Origin: Macrostomum lignano | Lineage: Eukaryota | Assembly: GCA_002269645.1 (NCBI GenBank) | Contig: NIVC01000286.1 | Location: forward strand, 124,001 to 188,000 | Direction: 5' to 3' | DNA: 64,000 nt | Notes under the pieces: generated by a model | Databases searched by the model: none | What the model saw: only the letters and a program-made list of their open reading frames with translations | What the model was told of the DNA's origin: nothing | Translations under genes and position numbers: made by a program | Part shown: one piece after another, positions 26,788 to 39,300 of the stretch | Position numbering within the stretch: position 1 is the stretch's first letter | Layout of the letters: every line of letters begins with the position of its first letter

Positions 26788-27760
26788 CTTCGGGTGTGTC
26801 ATAAATAATGTCACTGCAGGCCTCTGTCTAAAATATGTAGGCACATGGACTTGTGGGTAGTGTAGCTGCAAAGTATACTTAGTGAAGCAATAGCAGTGCA
26901 TTTGAGACGTGCATAGGTTGTTTATGGCCCAAGCTATCGCAAGAATACGCCAAGCAGATTTAGCAAGTGCAACGCAATGAAAAATCATCTATGCAGCAAA
27001 CAAAAATCATCATGAATCTTGAGTCTTGACAAGACGCCTGCACCAAGCAGATCCGCAAGGTGTTTAGCAGCCGTGGCTTGAATGACATCCTAAACTGCCT
27101 GGTTGCTGAGGATGAAAGCTGGCTCCACCTGGATGGCAAGGGCAGCAAGGCAGACAATCGCTGCTGGCTGGGAGCTGGGGACTTCAGGCCGATGGTGACT
27201 AGGAAGTCCATCTCGGACAAGACCATGCTGCTGGTAGCCTTCACGCCAAACAAACGAGTCTCCATCTGCACAACTGCACCGAACACCAAGGTCGATGGCC
27301 AGTACTTTATCGACTTTTTCCGGCACACTGGGGACCTCTGGTGCAATCTCCGGTCAAATCCATGTCACCTGGACGAGGTTCTGTGGCAGATGGACACCGA
27401 ACGGCTGCACACCTGAAGGCTGTTTCGAATTTTCCGCCTGCACGGCAAGTGAATATGCTCTGACAGTCCCTACAGCCCAGACTTCAACTTTTGCAAGAGA
27501 TTCCTGTTCAAATGGCTGAAGGCTGACTTTTCCAAGAAGAGTTTCGCAAACCATGAAGAGGTCAAACAGGCTGCGTTGCACTGGTTATGGCAGTTGGAGG
27601 AAAAACACCTGCAGGCTGAGGTGGACAAGCTGTATGAGCACTGCCAGAGGGTGATTGATATTGGGGGACTCTATGTTGTTAAGTGGTACAGTTTTGTTCA
27701 TCTGCGATTGCAAGTTCGTCTGTTTTCACATCAGTGACATTACTTATGACACACTCGAAG
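26788..27760 (+). mobile_element. Internally deleted mariner/Tc1 DNA transposon, 973 bp
   Basis: 29-bp TIRs (cttcgggtgtgtcataaataatgtcactg, 2 mismatches), TA on both sides; transposase relics AEDESW, WQMD, PYSPDF with stops and frameshifts. Confidence 0.92.
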
Positions 27761-28194
27761 TATATTAAAATGCAAGCTAAATCCCACACGTTCATGTAGC
27801 AATCAAGAGAGATTGTTAAAGCCATTGTTGCATCACGTGCTTTTATATTACAATTTACAAAGGCTAAAAGAATAATTTTATTACATCTATGCAGACTGGC
27901 GCGGGGTAGGACTCCTCTACCTTTGCAGTCTATTCAATAGTGTTCATTCAACTCGCTAGGCTTGAACCCATGGAACTTTGCAGCTTTTTGAGAGAAGCGT
28001 ATTGACAAGCGGCCGCGGCCATTGTGCAGCGCAGTAAACTTCCTGCCGTCTGCCTTAGCAACTAGCAGCAGGCATGGTAGCTCCCCATTATTATTATCAG
28101 CACACATTGCGTATTCTAGCGAAATCTTCATCTTATTCAATTGAGTTTTAGCTAGAAATTTGTACTTTACCGGTATATTTACCGTTTTTAAAAA

Positions 28195-28400
28195 GGGCGC
28201 TGTAGCCTAGTTGGTTTAGAGCGCCGGACTCAGGACTTATAGGTCGGGGGTTCGATTCCCGATTCCACACGGAACAATTTATGTCCTTGAGCAAGACACT
28301 TAATTCTCTGCATTGCTTCAGTTCTCGAATATCTGCGAAGTAAAGAATGACAATAGCTGCGACTGAGCTGTCGGTTGCACATCTGGCATTATTGGTTCCG
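28195..28400 (+). mobile_element. tRNA-derived SINE (internally shortened)
   Basis: A-box/B-box tRNA-like head (tagcctagttggtt...ggttcgattccc), then gtccttgagcaagacactt; 3' part homologous to the copy at 62845-63150. Confidence 0.75.
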
Positions 28401-28499
28401 GTGTAGTCAATTATTATAATCCATCCTCTACCCGTTTCTATACCGTTTATAAAATCCGCACAGATTTGAGAAGACAAACTGCTGCAAAGCTGACAGACC

Positions 28500-28742
28500 A
28501 TGATGACAATATCTGGAGAAAACCTGGCCTTAGTCATCGCTCTGTCTTTGCTGGCTTTCATCGGCTTACTGTCGGGCCTTGCTCTCGGCTGCAGCGCTTG
28601 CAAGACAAGAAGACCCTGGCGACAGGCGAGAGCAGCAGGCGTTGCTGCTGCAGACCAGCAAGAGTCCAACTCTAGAAGCAGCAACAACAATGCCCCAGGC
28701 AGATCAACTGTCACTGCTGTAGCACCAATGCACTGCACATAA
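28500..28742 (+). CDS. Candidate 80-aa single-pass membrane microprotein
   Basis: ATG 3 nt after a cag acceptor; ~26-aa hydrophobic stretch followed by basic KTRRPWRQAR; GC-richer than its flanks; AATAAA at 28870. No homolog recognised. Confidence 0.45.
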   Translation: MMTISGENLALVIALSLLAFIGLLSGLALGCSACKTRRPWRQARAAGVAAADQQESNSRSSNNNAPGRSTVTAVAPMHCT

Positions 28743-29728
28743 GAAAGGCAGAGTCACAACTATCCGTATTGCAATTGATAAGAGATGCTGTTTTCACACA
28801 TTAATAGCCGAACTGTCTTGCATTTCAAGCCTTCTCTCTATTCGAGTTGACAATTAATTATATTTGCCCAATAAATATATTTGCTATTCCAAAACCTACG
28901 ACTTCTGTTTTTTAATAGAGACTTGCTATTTAACCCGCGTCAATACACTGATTACTATAAGTAGCACAGGATGGAAAATAGAGACATAGAGAGAGGGCGA
29001 AGTGTGGCGGGACAGACGGGGGGAGTAGAAAATTTGATGACGTAACAAAATGCAGCCGTACGTATTTTTACAACAGAAACCAATCGAACTGATGCTAGTA
29101 GTATATAGCGATAGTAAATACCCCAAACCATTAGTTAGCTGTTATTTATACACTACTATTAATAAGTAGTCAGTAGGTTTAACCTAACAACTATTGGAAA
29201 AAGCAGCAGAAAAAACTTATTAAAACACGGACAATATAAAATTATAGAAATTATTGTATTAATAATAATTAGGCTTCTACCCTTCGACTGCTCGGATTGA
29301 AAACAGAATCAAGAAAGGCACAGCAATGCACATACTGGGCTGAATGTATATGGCATCATACGTACTTTAAGCGGACATTCTGTTTAGCCACTCCTCTAAA
29401 CTCCAACTTCTATTAATCTTAGTTTACCTGCTTAATAATAATAATAAAACACTCGCGGACTCTCAAAAAAAGGCATCAAAACGCAGACAGACAGTTCGGT
29501 GGTGGGAGCCGACAAACCAACTGACAGCTTTATAATAAATACACATTTAATAATTTTTTTGCTTGCTGTTTCAACACAGACGACAGAAAACTTGCACACT
29601 TAATGGGGAGGTTCTTTCATTGCGCTCGTTCCTGCTGAGGATTCAAAATTATTTTTATCATTTAACTTAAACTGGCGGCTCTTTTTAACTACAAAAAAGG
29701 CAGCTTTGCGCGCGCAGTGTCTGTCGCT

Positions 29729-30334
29729 TCAGTGCTGAGGTCCGCCTCCGCGGTTGTAGACTCCACCGCCACGCTGCTGCTGCTGCGGCCGATTGAACCC
29801 GCCGCCGCCGCGACCTCCGCCTCCGCCGCGGTTTCCGCCGCCATATCCGCCCCCGAATCCGCTACCGCCGCCGCCTCCGCGACTGCCGCGGTAGTCGTTG
29901 AAGCCTCCGCCACCGCCGCCGCCGCCGCCGCGAAACTCGCCGCCGCCACCGCCGCGATAACCGCGATTGCCTCCACCGCCGCTGCCACGGTAGCCGCCGC
30001 CTCCTCCATCTCGGCCTCCACCTCCGCGATACCCGCCGCCGCCTCCAGGACCTCCGCGGCCACCGCCGCCGCCTCCGGGACCTCCGCGTCCGCGCCCTCT
30101 GCCACCGTAGCCGCCAGATCCATTCTCGAAGCCGGCCTGCTGCGGCTGCTGCTGACCGTGCATGAACTGCTGAGGATGCTGCTGCATCATCTGCTGCTGC
30201 TGATCGGCACGCAGAAACTCCGACTGAGTGGCCGAAGCGAATACGTCTTCGGAGCCGGGAGCAGCCGAAGGAGGCTGCTGCTGCTGCTGCTGCACAGAGC
30301 CGCTCCATGATGAGTCAGCCCAGGACTGGACAGG
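29729..30334 (-). CDS. CAPRIN1: Caprin terminal exon (Q-rich and RGG-rich)
   Basis: ORF 29729-30295 extended to the tttttcacag acceptor; many RGG/YRGG motifs; stop TGA. Confidence 0.88.
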   Translation of the reverse strand, partial: PVQSWADSSWSGSVQQQQQQPPSAAPGSEDVFASATQSEFLRADQQQQMMQQHPQQFMHGQQQPQQAGFENGSGGYGGRGRGRGGPGGGGGGRGGPGGGGGYRGGGGRDGGGGGYRGSGGGGNRGYRGGGGGEFRGGGGGGGGGFNDYRGSRGGGGGSGFGGGYGGGNRGGGGGRGGGGFNRPQQQQRGGGVYNRGGGPQH

Positions 30335-33300
30335 CTGTGAAAAATAAATTTAGGGTGATGGGAAAATGACATGTTTTTAAATGGATTACCAAGATAAAAT
30401 ATGATTAGCTGCCCCTGAATATCTGGGAAGGGATTAGCTGCCCCTGAATATCTGGGAAGGGATTAGCTGCCCCCTGATTATCTGGGAAGGGATTAGCTAA
30501 TCCCCTGAATATCTGGGAAGGGATTAGCTAATCCCCTGAATATTTGGGAAGGGATTAGCTGCCCCCTGAATATCTGGGAAGGGATTAGCTAATCCCCTGA
30601 ATATCTGGGAAGGGATTAGCTAATCCCCTGAATATTTGGGAAGGGATTAGCTGCCCCTGAATATCTGGGAAGGGATTAGCTAATCCCCTGAATATTTGGG
30701 AAAGGATTAGCTGCCCCCTGAATATCTGGGAAAGGATTAGCTGCCCCCTGAATATCTGGGAAAGGATTAGCTGCCCCCTGAATATTTGGGAAGGGATTAG
30801 CTGCCCCCTGAATATCTGGGAAGGGATTAGCTGCCCCTGAATTTCTGGGAAGGGATTAGCTAATCCCCTGAATATCTGGGAAAGGATTAGCTGCCCCCTG
30901 AATATCTGGGAAAGGATTAGCTGCCCCCTGAATATCTGGGAAGGGATTAGCTGCCCCCTGAATATCTGGGAAGGGATTAGCTAATCCCCTGAATATCTGG
31001 GAAGGGATTAGCTGCCCCCTGAATATCTGGGAAGGGATTAGCTGCCCCCTGAATATCTGGGAAGGGATTAGCTGCCCCGTTAAACCACTTACCTGTTCAC
31101 TGTCAGGCAGGTCGTCCGCCCAAGCGCCGCTGCCGCCCTGTTCATTGGAGGCAGCGGAGAACTCCACAGAAGCGACCGGGGGCGCAGAGCCGCCATGCGC
31201 CGTCAGCTCGGAGTCTTGAATAAACTCGAACTGGCCTTTCACCATCTGGCGCAGACTGTTTAACGATTCGGGGGCTGGCGCGGAATCAACTGGAGCAACG
31301 GCTGCAGGCTGACTGTAGGCTGCAGCAGCTTCAGCCACAGCGCTGACAGTTGACGGCTGCTGCAGCACCATGGGCAGGCGATGTTCCAGATGGCCATTGT
31401 CGGTGACCGGAGGCGGGGGTGGCGGCGCCGCCAACTGTTGAGACTCCGGCGGCGCCATGGCGGATTCTTCAGCCTGAGGAGCAGATTCGGCCGAATCAAC
31501 CGGAGCCTGTTGTTCCTCCTCCGGCTGAAGGAGGCCGTCCTCGATACCTGCAGAGTCGGCGCTGTCGAAGCCAACTTTCGGGACAGCGTTGGCAGTGAAA
31601 TAAGGCAGAGCTGCCAGCCTGCGGGCGCGGGGTGGACAGGGGAGGGTAGTTTAACTTGTCCACCAAACTGTCCGGGGAGGGTAGTTTAACTTGTCCACCG
31701 AACTGTCCGGGGGGTAGCTTGACTTGTCTATCCCTGCCTGGAGAAGGTAGCTAGACTATGCAGGCAGTGTCTGGAGAGGGTAGCTTGACTTGTCTATCCG
31801 TGTCTGGAGAGGGTAGCTTGACTTGTCTATCTGTGTCTGGAGAGGGTAGCCTGACTAGTCCATCCGTGTCTGGAGAGGGTAGTTTGACTTGTCCATCCGT
31901 GTCTGGAGAGGGTAGCTTGACTTGTCTATCCATGTCTGGAGAGGGTAGCTTGACTTGTCTATCCGTGTCTGGAGAGGGTAGCTTGACTACTCAACCGATA
32001 GTTAAAATGACCTACTGATGTGAGCCAACGTGCAACTTGAACAATTAACAAATCACTCACTTGTCCAGCAGTTCGCGGGCCTCCTTATAGCTGACACCCT
32101 GACAGAGCGGCCGGTCCTTGGCCTCCAGCAGGCTGGCGCAATTCTCAGCGCAGGCCTGCAACCGTGCGCTCCAGCTGGCATCGGCGCCTGCCTCATCTTC
32201 CTGCTCTCTACGCGGCGTGATCGCTTGATAGACTTCGTCGATTGAGTCCAACTGTTTGTAAAACGAATTGGTTTATTCTAATTACTAATTTGTATAAGCT
32301 GTTGAAATTTCAGTTCCACTTACACAGCCATTAGCGCTCGAGGGCCAACCACCACCCCCCCCCCCTAAGAATGAGAAAGTCAGCGTAGGCATCTGTGCTC
32401 AGGGAGGGGGTCAGACTTGAAGTTGACTTAAACGCCAGAATCGCAGTGTAATTTGGGCATGTGGTTTCCAATCTCAGCATACCAAATTAAAAGCCTGGAT
32501 GCAAATCAAAAGTACAAATAAGTACTAATTAGATGACGAGGCATTTATCCTTAATAGTTACTCCTGCCATTTACCCAAAATTACGTTAAGTTTTCCTACA
32601 TAGGTCACACGGCCGGTGTAAATCAAAGAGTGGGGTTCCGCATGTATGGTAACACGCATACCTGAGCCTTGCTCAGCGCCAATCCTGTCACAGGCGACTC
32701 CCCAGTGAACAGCTCCTTGGTCTGCTCGCCGCCCATCTCTTCTAGCAGCGACTGCATGGAGAGCAGGCTGCGCAGCATATCAACTTCGCGCTTCTCCCGT
32801 TCAAACCGCTGCCGTTTCTCAGTTTTCTTCACCAGCTTCTCCTGCTCAGTCAGACTAGAACTGATTTGAGTTAGAACGTCTCGAGCGAATTCTAGATTGC
32901 CAACTACAGAGCCCATGGTGGCCAGGGCTTCCTCTTGTTGCGGACTGAGTTGATCGCCCTTCGACTTCAGCTTCTGGTACTCATCTAGGCGTTTCTAAAG
33001 CAGTGGATGGGAGTAGGAGTACATAACTAAATTATTCCATAAGTGAATAACAAGACAGCCTTGTAAGGTCAAGACCAAAGTTATTTCATGATAAAAGCAA
33101 TTCTTTTACATTTAATTAGTGCCAATTTTTTAGATTTAATTTAGGATTTAGGATTTAGGATTTACAACAGGATTTAGGATGTACATTTAGGATTTACAAT
33201 ATGTCAAATGCAAATTTTTATTTCTCAATAATTTATTAAAAATAAGTTTTTTGACTATGCAATACTGAGAACATATTCTTCTTATCTACCTTTGTGTCTA

Positions 33301-36300
33301 ACCCGCATAAAAATGTATTATGCTTACTGTAACAAAGGTTAAATTTTGGATTCTATGTTGCATAATTTCATGAGGCAATAGTTCAAACCAAATAATAAAA
33401 ATATTAAAGGAATGGGAAGGAAAATAACTTATCTTGTAAAAAAGTTGAATGCTTACTAATAATATGCACAAAAAAGCAGAAAATCAAAAAGTAATGAAAA
33501 TTTTACAAAGATATTCTTTTTTTCTATTTATAATATACCTAAAAAGATACCTAAAGGATAAATTGTAATATACTTGTATCTTGTCCTATGGTTTATGATT
33601 CAGTTTTGTTCAATAATCCCCATTAAAAAGGCAACATAGCCTATCAAAAGCATTTTAAAGTTATTTACTATGTATTTCATTCTATATTGACCCTTTAAGA
33701 TTCATATCATTCAAAAATATTTACCTAGGCATATAACTTAACCAAAAAACAATAATCCAAATCAATACCAAAAAGCTTTTCATTAAAACATATTGTTGGA
33801 ACTATAAATAGAATATATTTATAATTTAATTAAAAGTGAAAAGTAGCAAAAACATTTTAAACTAGGCCTAATAATACCAATTAGAAGTATACCTGCAATA
33901 AAGCTAGTTTAGATACTAGGGGTTGGACAAGATCTCAATCTCAACCAAATGTTTTCTGCTTAAAACTGATATTCTTTGTTTTAGTTTTGTTGTTTTTTAT
34001 AAGTTGCATTAATATTTTCTATTTTGTTTCTAATTTAAAAAAACATTTCTCAGTTAATGTTTAATTATACAATTTATATTAGGCCTGAACTTGGCTCTTT
34101 TTTATACACTGACTATCTTCACTTTATGTTAAACCTGATTTTATATGCCAAGTGTACACCAAGATTGTTAGCAAAGGCAAAAATATGCCAGAATTTTCCA
34201 CCTTCTAGACTGTGGCATTTAAAAAGTAATAATATTAATATTGCTTAAATATAATAGATAGAATAATCTAAATAGGCCTACTAGATTCTAATTGGGCTTA
34301 ATCTTAAGTCTCAAATATCTTGAAAAGGGGATGTCAACTTAAGCACCAGAATGGAGCCCGAAGTTCAGCTCTGGACCAAACCGACTGCAATCGATAACTT
34401 GTCGGCCCAGTTGACTAGAATCGCCGAGACATCCCATCCGGCTCCTTTCCTTGGGATCCCAGGGGATAAAATGGGGATCTCATGTCAACTTAAGGCTCTG
34501 GAATAGAGCCCGAAGTTCAGCTCCGGACCAAACTGACTGCAATCGATAACTTGTCGGCCCAGACGACTAGAATCGCCGAGACATCCCATCCAGCTCCCTT
34601 CCTTGGGGTCCCAGGGGATAAAAGGGGATAAAATGGGGATCTTATGTCAACTTAAGGCTCTGGAATGGAGCCCGAAGTTCAGCTCTGGACCAAACCAACT
34701 GCAATCGATAACTTGTCGGCCCAGACGACTAGAATCGCCAGGACATCCCATCCGGCTCCCTTCCTTGGGGTCCCAGGGGATAAAGGGGATAAAATGGGGA
34801 TCTCATGTCAACTTAAGGCTCTGGAATGGAGCCCGAAGTTCAGCTCCGGACCAAACTGACTGCAATCGATAACTTGTCGGCCCAGACGACTAGAATTGCC
34901 GAGACATCCACTGTGCCACTATGTTCCGCTATGTCATTGAGTGCTGCTTTGCTGCCATTAAGCAGGACAAATGAGTTAACGAGAGGCACAAACCATATCA
35001 GTGGCTGCCGTCAGCCGGCTTTAGTGAGCCCAGCCGATTAGACGTTGTTATCGAGACCTTGATGGCAAAGTACAACTGGGCGCATCCAGGTTTTGAATCA
35101 TTTAAACAATTGCCACCGTCATGGACAGGGCTATCATTGTTCGAATTTGGGCAGAATTTCATGCGCCGAGTGCTCTTGTCCAACGAACTGGACGAAATTG
35201 AGCAGCTGCACTTCAACTGTGATCTGAAGCGTGCCCCCCTGCTAACACAAGGGCATGGATTGCTGTCAACCTGCTGGATCCAAACAGCTCAGGGTTCTCC
35301 CGAATTCACACAGTAAATTTGTTAGAGGTTTCGGTGGGTCCATATCAACTAAATCAAGCCGATTATTATATTCAAAACATTCGTGTCAAGGAGGTTCTCG
35401 GCAGCTACGAAGGTGACTCCTGGAGAGACTTTGAGTTACACATCCGAGCTGCCGGGAGTGTTGGAAGTTTTGGCAAGAGATGGACCCGGATGGGATGTCT
35501 CGGCGATTCTAGTCGTCTGGGCCAACAAGTTATCGATTGCAGTCGGTTTGGTCCAGAGCTGAACTTCGGGCTCCATTCCAGAGCCTTAAGTTGATATGAG
35601 ATATTCTAAGAGTGACTTTTATTCTTTGCTTTCAATTAAAATTAAGTTCAGTCTGAGCTTTTCTATGCAGCATGTCCTGGTCAGATAGCCTGGTAGATAT
35701 ATTATGTCGGAGTCCTAGACATGAGTACATTTCATCCATAAAATTGTGGCTGCACAGAATGGCACATTTCCATTTGCCTTCATTTCTTTTTCCAAGAAGA
35801 TCAGCTTAGAAAATGCATCTAGCCTAGTCTTTGCATCTGAAATTTGAATTTGCAAAGTGTACCCAAGCCTTCAACTTTACAAGGAAATTCCAGAGCCTCA
35901 GCAGCAGCCACCCCTGAAAGATTAAGAAACAACTGAATCGGGATCGCAACCAGTTGTACATGGGGTTGAGAGTGATGTTGGTGTTGCCAGAACTGAAAGC
36001 AAAAGTTTTCAGGCAAGAGGCTGCAAGCCATAATTATTGGCAAGATTGAGGTAGCAGAACTGAAAATTCAGCAATTTGAACTGAAAACTAGCACTTGTTC
36101 AAGCTAAATATAAAACGCTGCTTGCAGAAAATGCAAAGCTCCACAATGATTGAGTGAAATGCCACTGCTCACAACTGTGTCAAATAACCCCAGTGGTAAA
36201 GGAATTCATCAAGGATCAGTTGCAGAATTCAAAAAAGTGCCGTCTGACTTGGTCGCGTAAAAAGCCAATAGGCTTTTATAGAGGTTGAGGTGGGTGCAGC

Positions 36301-39300
36301 ACAAGACCTGGAGCAATGTGCATGCCTTGCACAATCTTTTTTGCAAAAGAGGCAATTCTTGCCTCCCTACTGAGTCTTTGAACTGCGCTTCCTTTCACTT
36401 TCTACTAGAGGTCGGATGGGATCTTGATCCCAATCCCAAAATCTCGGGATCCTGGGGAAAATTGAATTCCCGTGGGACCAGAATCCCAACCCTAAAAAAC
36501 TTGAGATTTGGGAACAGGTCTTTCGATTAATAATTTATAGAATTAGTGATTACTTGAAGGTATTTTGCTTTAACTTGTACTCGTTACATTATTTACTTTG
36601 TTGGTTACAAAACTTCATATCAATTTTGTTGTTTTACTTCTTGATCTTGACAATCTTTTCTCAATTTTGTTTAACTTTACATGGACAATACACTAAAAGA
36701 CCTGATCCTGATTCCCGAAATCCCAATCCCAATCCTGATCCTGAGAAAAAAATTATTCCCAATCCTGATCCCGCCCAAAGATTTCAATCCTATCCAACCT
36801 CTACTTTCTACAGATTTTCTTACTTGTATAACCATACATGCCCAACACCCATCCAACCTGTCTGAACTGGACAGGTGAAATGGCCGCTGGCCAAGGTAAG
36901 TCGCAAAATTGAAAACGCAAAAACCAAAAAATTGGGAGAAGAAAGAAAGGAAAGGAAGAGAAAGGGAAAAGAAAGGAGGGAGAAGAGAGAGGGGGAAAGA
37001 GGAGAAAAAAAGAAAAAGAAAAGAAAAGAGAAAAAGGTAAGAAAAGTCAAATACAAAGTAAAAAATAAGACACAATTGGGAGGCACTAAGTCGCAATCAG
37101 GAAGAACTGATTTGCAATCAGGAAAGTCGCAAAGTCGCAATCAGGAGGAACTAAGTCGCAATTGGAAGAAACTAAGTCGCAATCGAGAGGAACTAAGGTG
37201 CAATTGAGAGGAACTAAGTCGCAATCGGGAGGAACTAAGTCGCAATCGGGAGAAACTAAGTTGCAATCAGGAAGAACTAAGTTGAAATCAGGAGGAACTA
37301 AGTCGCAATTGGGAGGAACTAAGTCACAATTGGGAGGAACTAAGTAGCAATCGGGAGAAACTAAGTCGCAATCAGGAAGAACTAAGTCGCAATCGGGAGG
37401 AACTAAGTCGCAATCGGGAGGAACAAAGTTGCAATCGGGAGAAACTAAGTCGTAATCAGGAAGAACTAAGTCGCAATCGGGAGAAACTAAGTTGCAATCA
37501 GGAGGAACTAAGTCGCAATTGGGAGGAACTAAGTCGCAATCAGGAGGAACTAAATCACAATCGGGAGGAACTAAGTAGCAATCGGGAGAAACTAAGTCGC
37601 AATCAGGAAGAACTAAGTCGCAATCGAGAGGAAGTAAGTCGCAATCGGGAGGAACGAAGTTGCAATTGGGAGAAACTAAGTCGTAATCAGGAAGAACTAA
37701 GTCACAATCAGGAAGAACTAAGTCGCAATCAGGAGGAACTAAGTCGCAATCGGGAGGAAATAAGTTGCAATTAAGAGGAACTAAGTCACAATTGAGAGGA
37801 ACTAAGTCGCAATCGGGAGAAACTAAGTCGCAATCAGGAAGAACTAAGTTCCAATCAGGAGAAACTAAGTCACAATTGGGAGGAACTAAGTCGCAATCAG
37901 GAGGAACTAAGTCGCAATCGGGAAAAACTAAGTCACAATCAGGAAGAACTAAGTCGCAATCAGGAGGAACTAAGTTGCAATCAGGAGGAACTAAGTCGCA
38001 ATCGGGAGGAACTAAGTCGCAATCAGGAGGAACTAAGTTGCAATCGGGAGGAACTAAGTGCAATTGAGAGGAACTAAGTTGCAATCGAGAGGAACTAAGT
38101 GCAATCGAGAGGAACTAAGTCGCAATTGAGAGAAACTAAGTAGTCTTGAATCCCATATTCTAAATCGTCTTAAAATCCTCTGTAGAGCTTTTCAAATACC
38201 ATATTTTGTTTTCCCTGTTTGCAAAAACTGACTTCCATTGTCCAGACTTAGACTCTCATGTCTCCTCCTTGCATTCTCGCCATTACTCTCTCTATTATTA
38301 CTCTCCCTCTTTATTTATCTTTTCTCCCTCGTGTTTTGTCTGTACCCTCTCCTGCCTCCTATCTCTTCTCTTCTCTCTTATTTCTCCCCTCTTCTCTCCT
38401 CTCTCCTATCTCATCTCTACTCACTTATCTATCGTCTCTTCTATACCCTCTCTCTTCTCTTTTCTCTTTTCTCTTTTCTCTCTCCTCTCTGCTCTCATTT
38501 ATCATATCTCCTATACCCTCTCCTTTCTTATTTCCCATCTTTCTTGCTTCCTTTCTACCATCTTGATTCTATCTTCTCCCCTTTGTCTTTTCTCTTCTCT
38601 AATCTCTAATCTTTTCTCTCTCTTATTTTCTCAATCATATCTTTTCTCATCGCATCTTTTATCTGTCTTCTCTGCACTCTTACATTTACCCTCTCTTTCT
38701 CCTCACTACTTTCTCTCTTAACTCTATCATCTCTGATCTTTCATCTCTCTCCTCTCTTTTATTTCAGCTGTATGCTTTTATCTCTCCTTTCTTCTCTCAT
38801 CTCTCCTGTCTCTTCTCTGCTATCTCATAACTCCCCTCTCATCTCCACTCTCCTCTTCTCTTCTCTCTCCCTCTTCATTCCTACCTTACTCCACTCTTCT
38901 CTCCATCTGTCATCTCTAATCTGTCCTCTTTCATATCTACTCTCTTTTCTATCATCTCTCCTTTTTTGTTCACTCTTCTCTATACTTTCTCTTCTATGAC
39001 TCATTTAATGTGCCAAATCCATTGAAATCCTCTCTGTAAAAATGAACTCTATAAAAATCTCTCACTAAAACTGAACTTTATCAAAATCTCTTCATGAGAC
39101 TGAACTTCATCAAAATCCCTTTTGATAAACTAAAAATATATCTTTTTCTTGGAGGACTCTCACTTCTTTGGCCATCAGTCTTAGTCTCCAAATCTGAGTC
39201 CAAATGAATGGCTGTGTCGTGGTTGGATCCGCGCTTTAGTACCAGCATCAGTTGATAGGCAAGATTCTATAGCAATAGATTTAGCATAAGCAATGCGCCG

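Noticed and set aside
28195-28270. Functional tRNA gene
   Set aside because: The acceptor and anticodon stems do not pair convincingly and the sequence continues into a SINE body shared with 62845-63150.
29717-30310. Ala-rich 197-aa + strand ORF and alternative - strand frames
   Set aside because: Antisense/shadow frames of the GC-rich RGG exon of caprin.
33135-33195. (TTTAGGA)n as telomeric repeat
   Set aside because: Only a few imperfect units and not TTAGGG.
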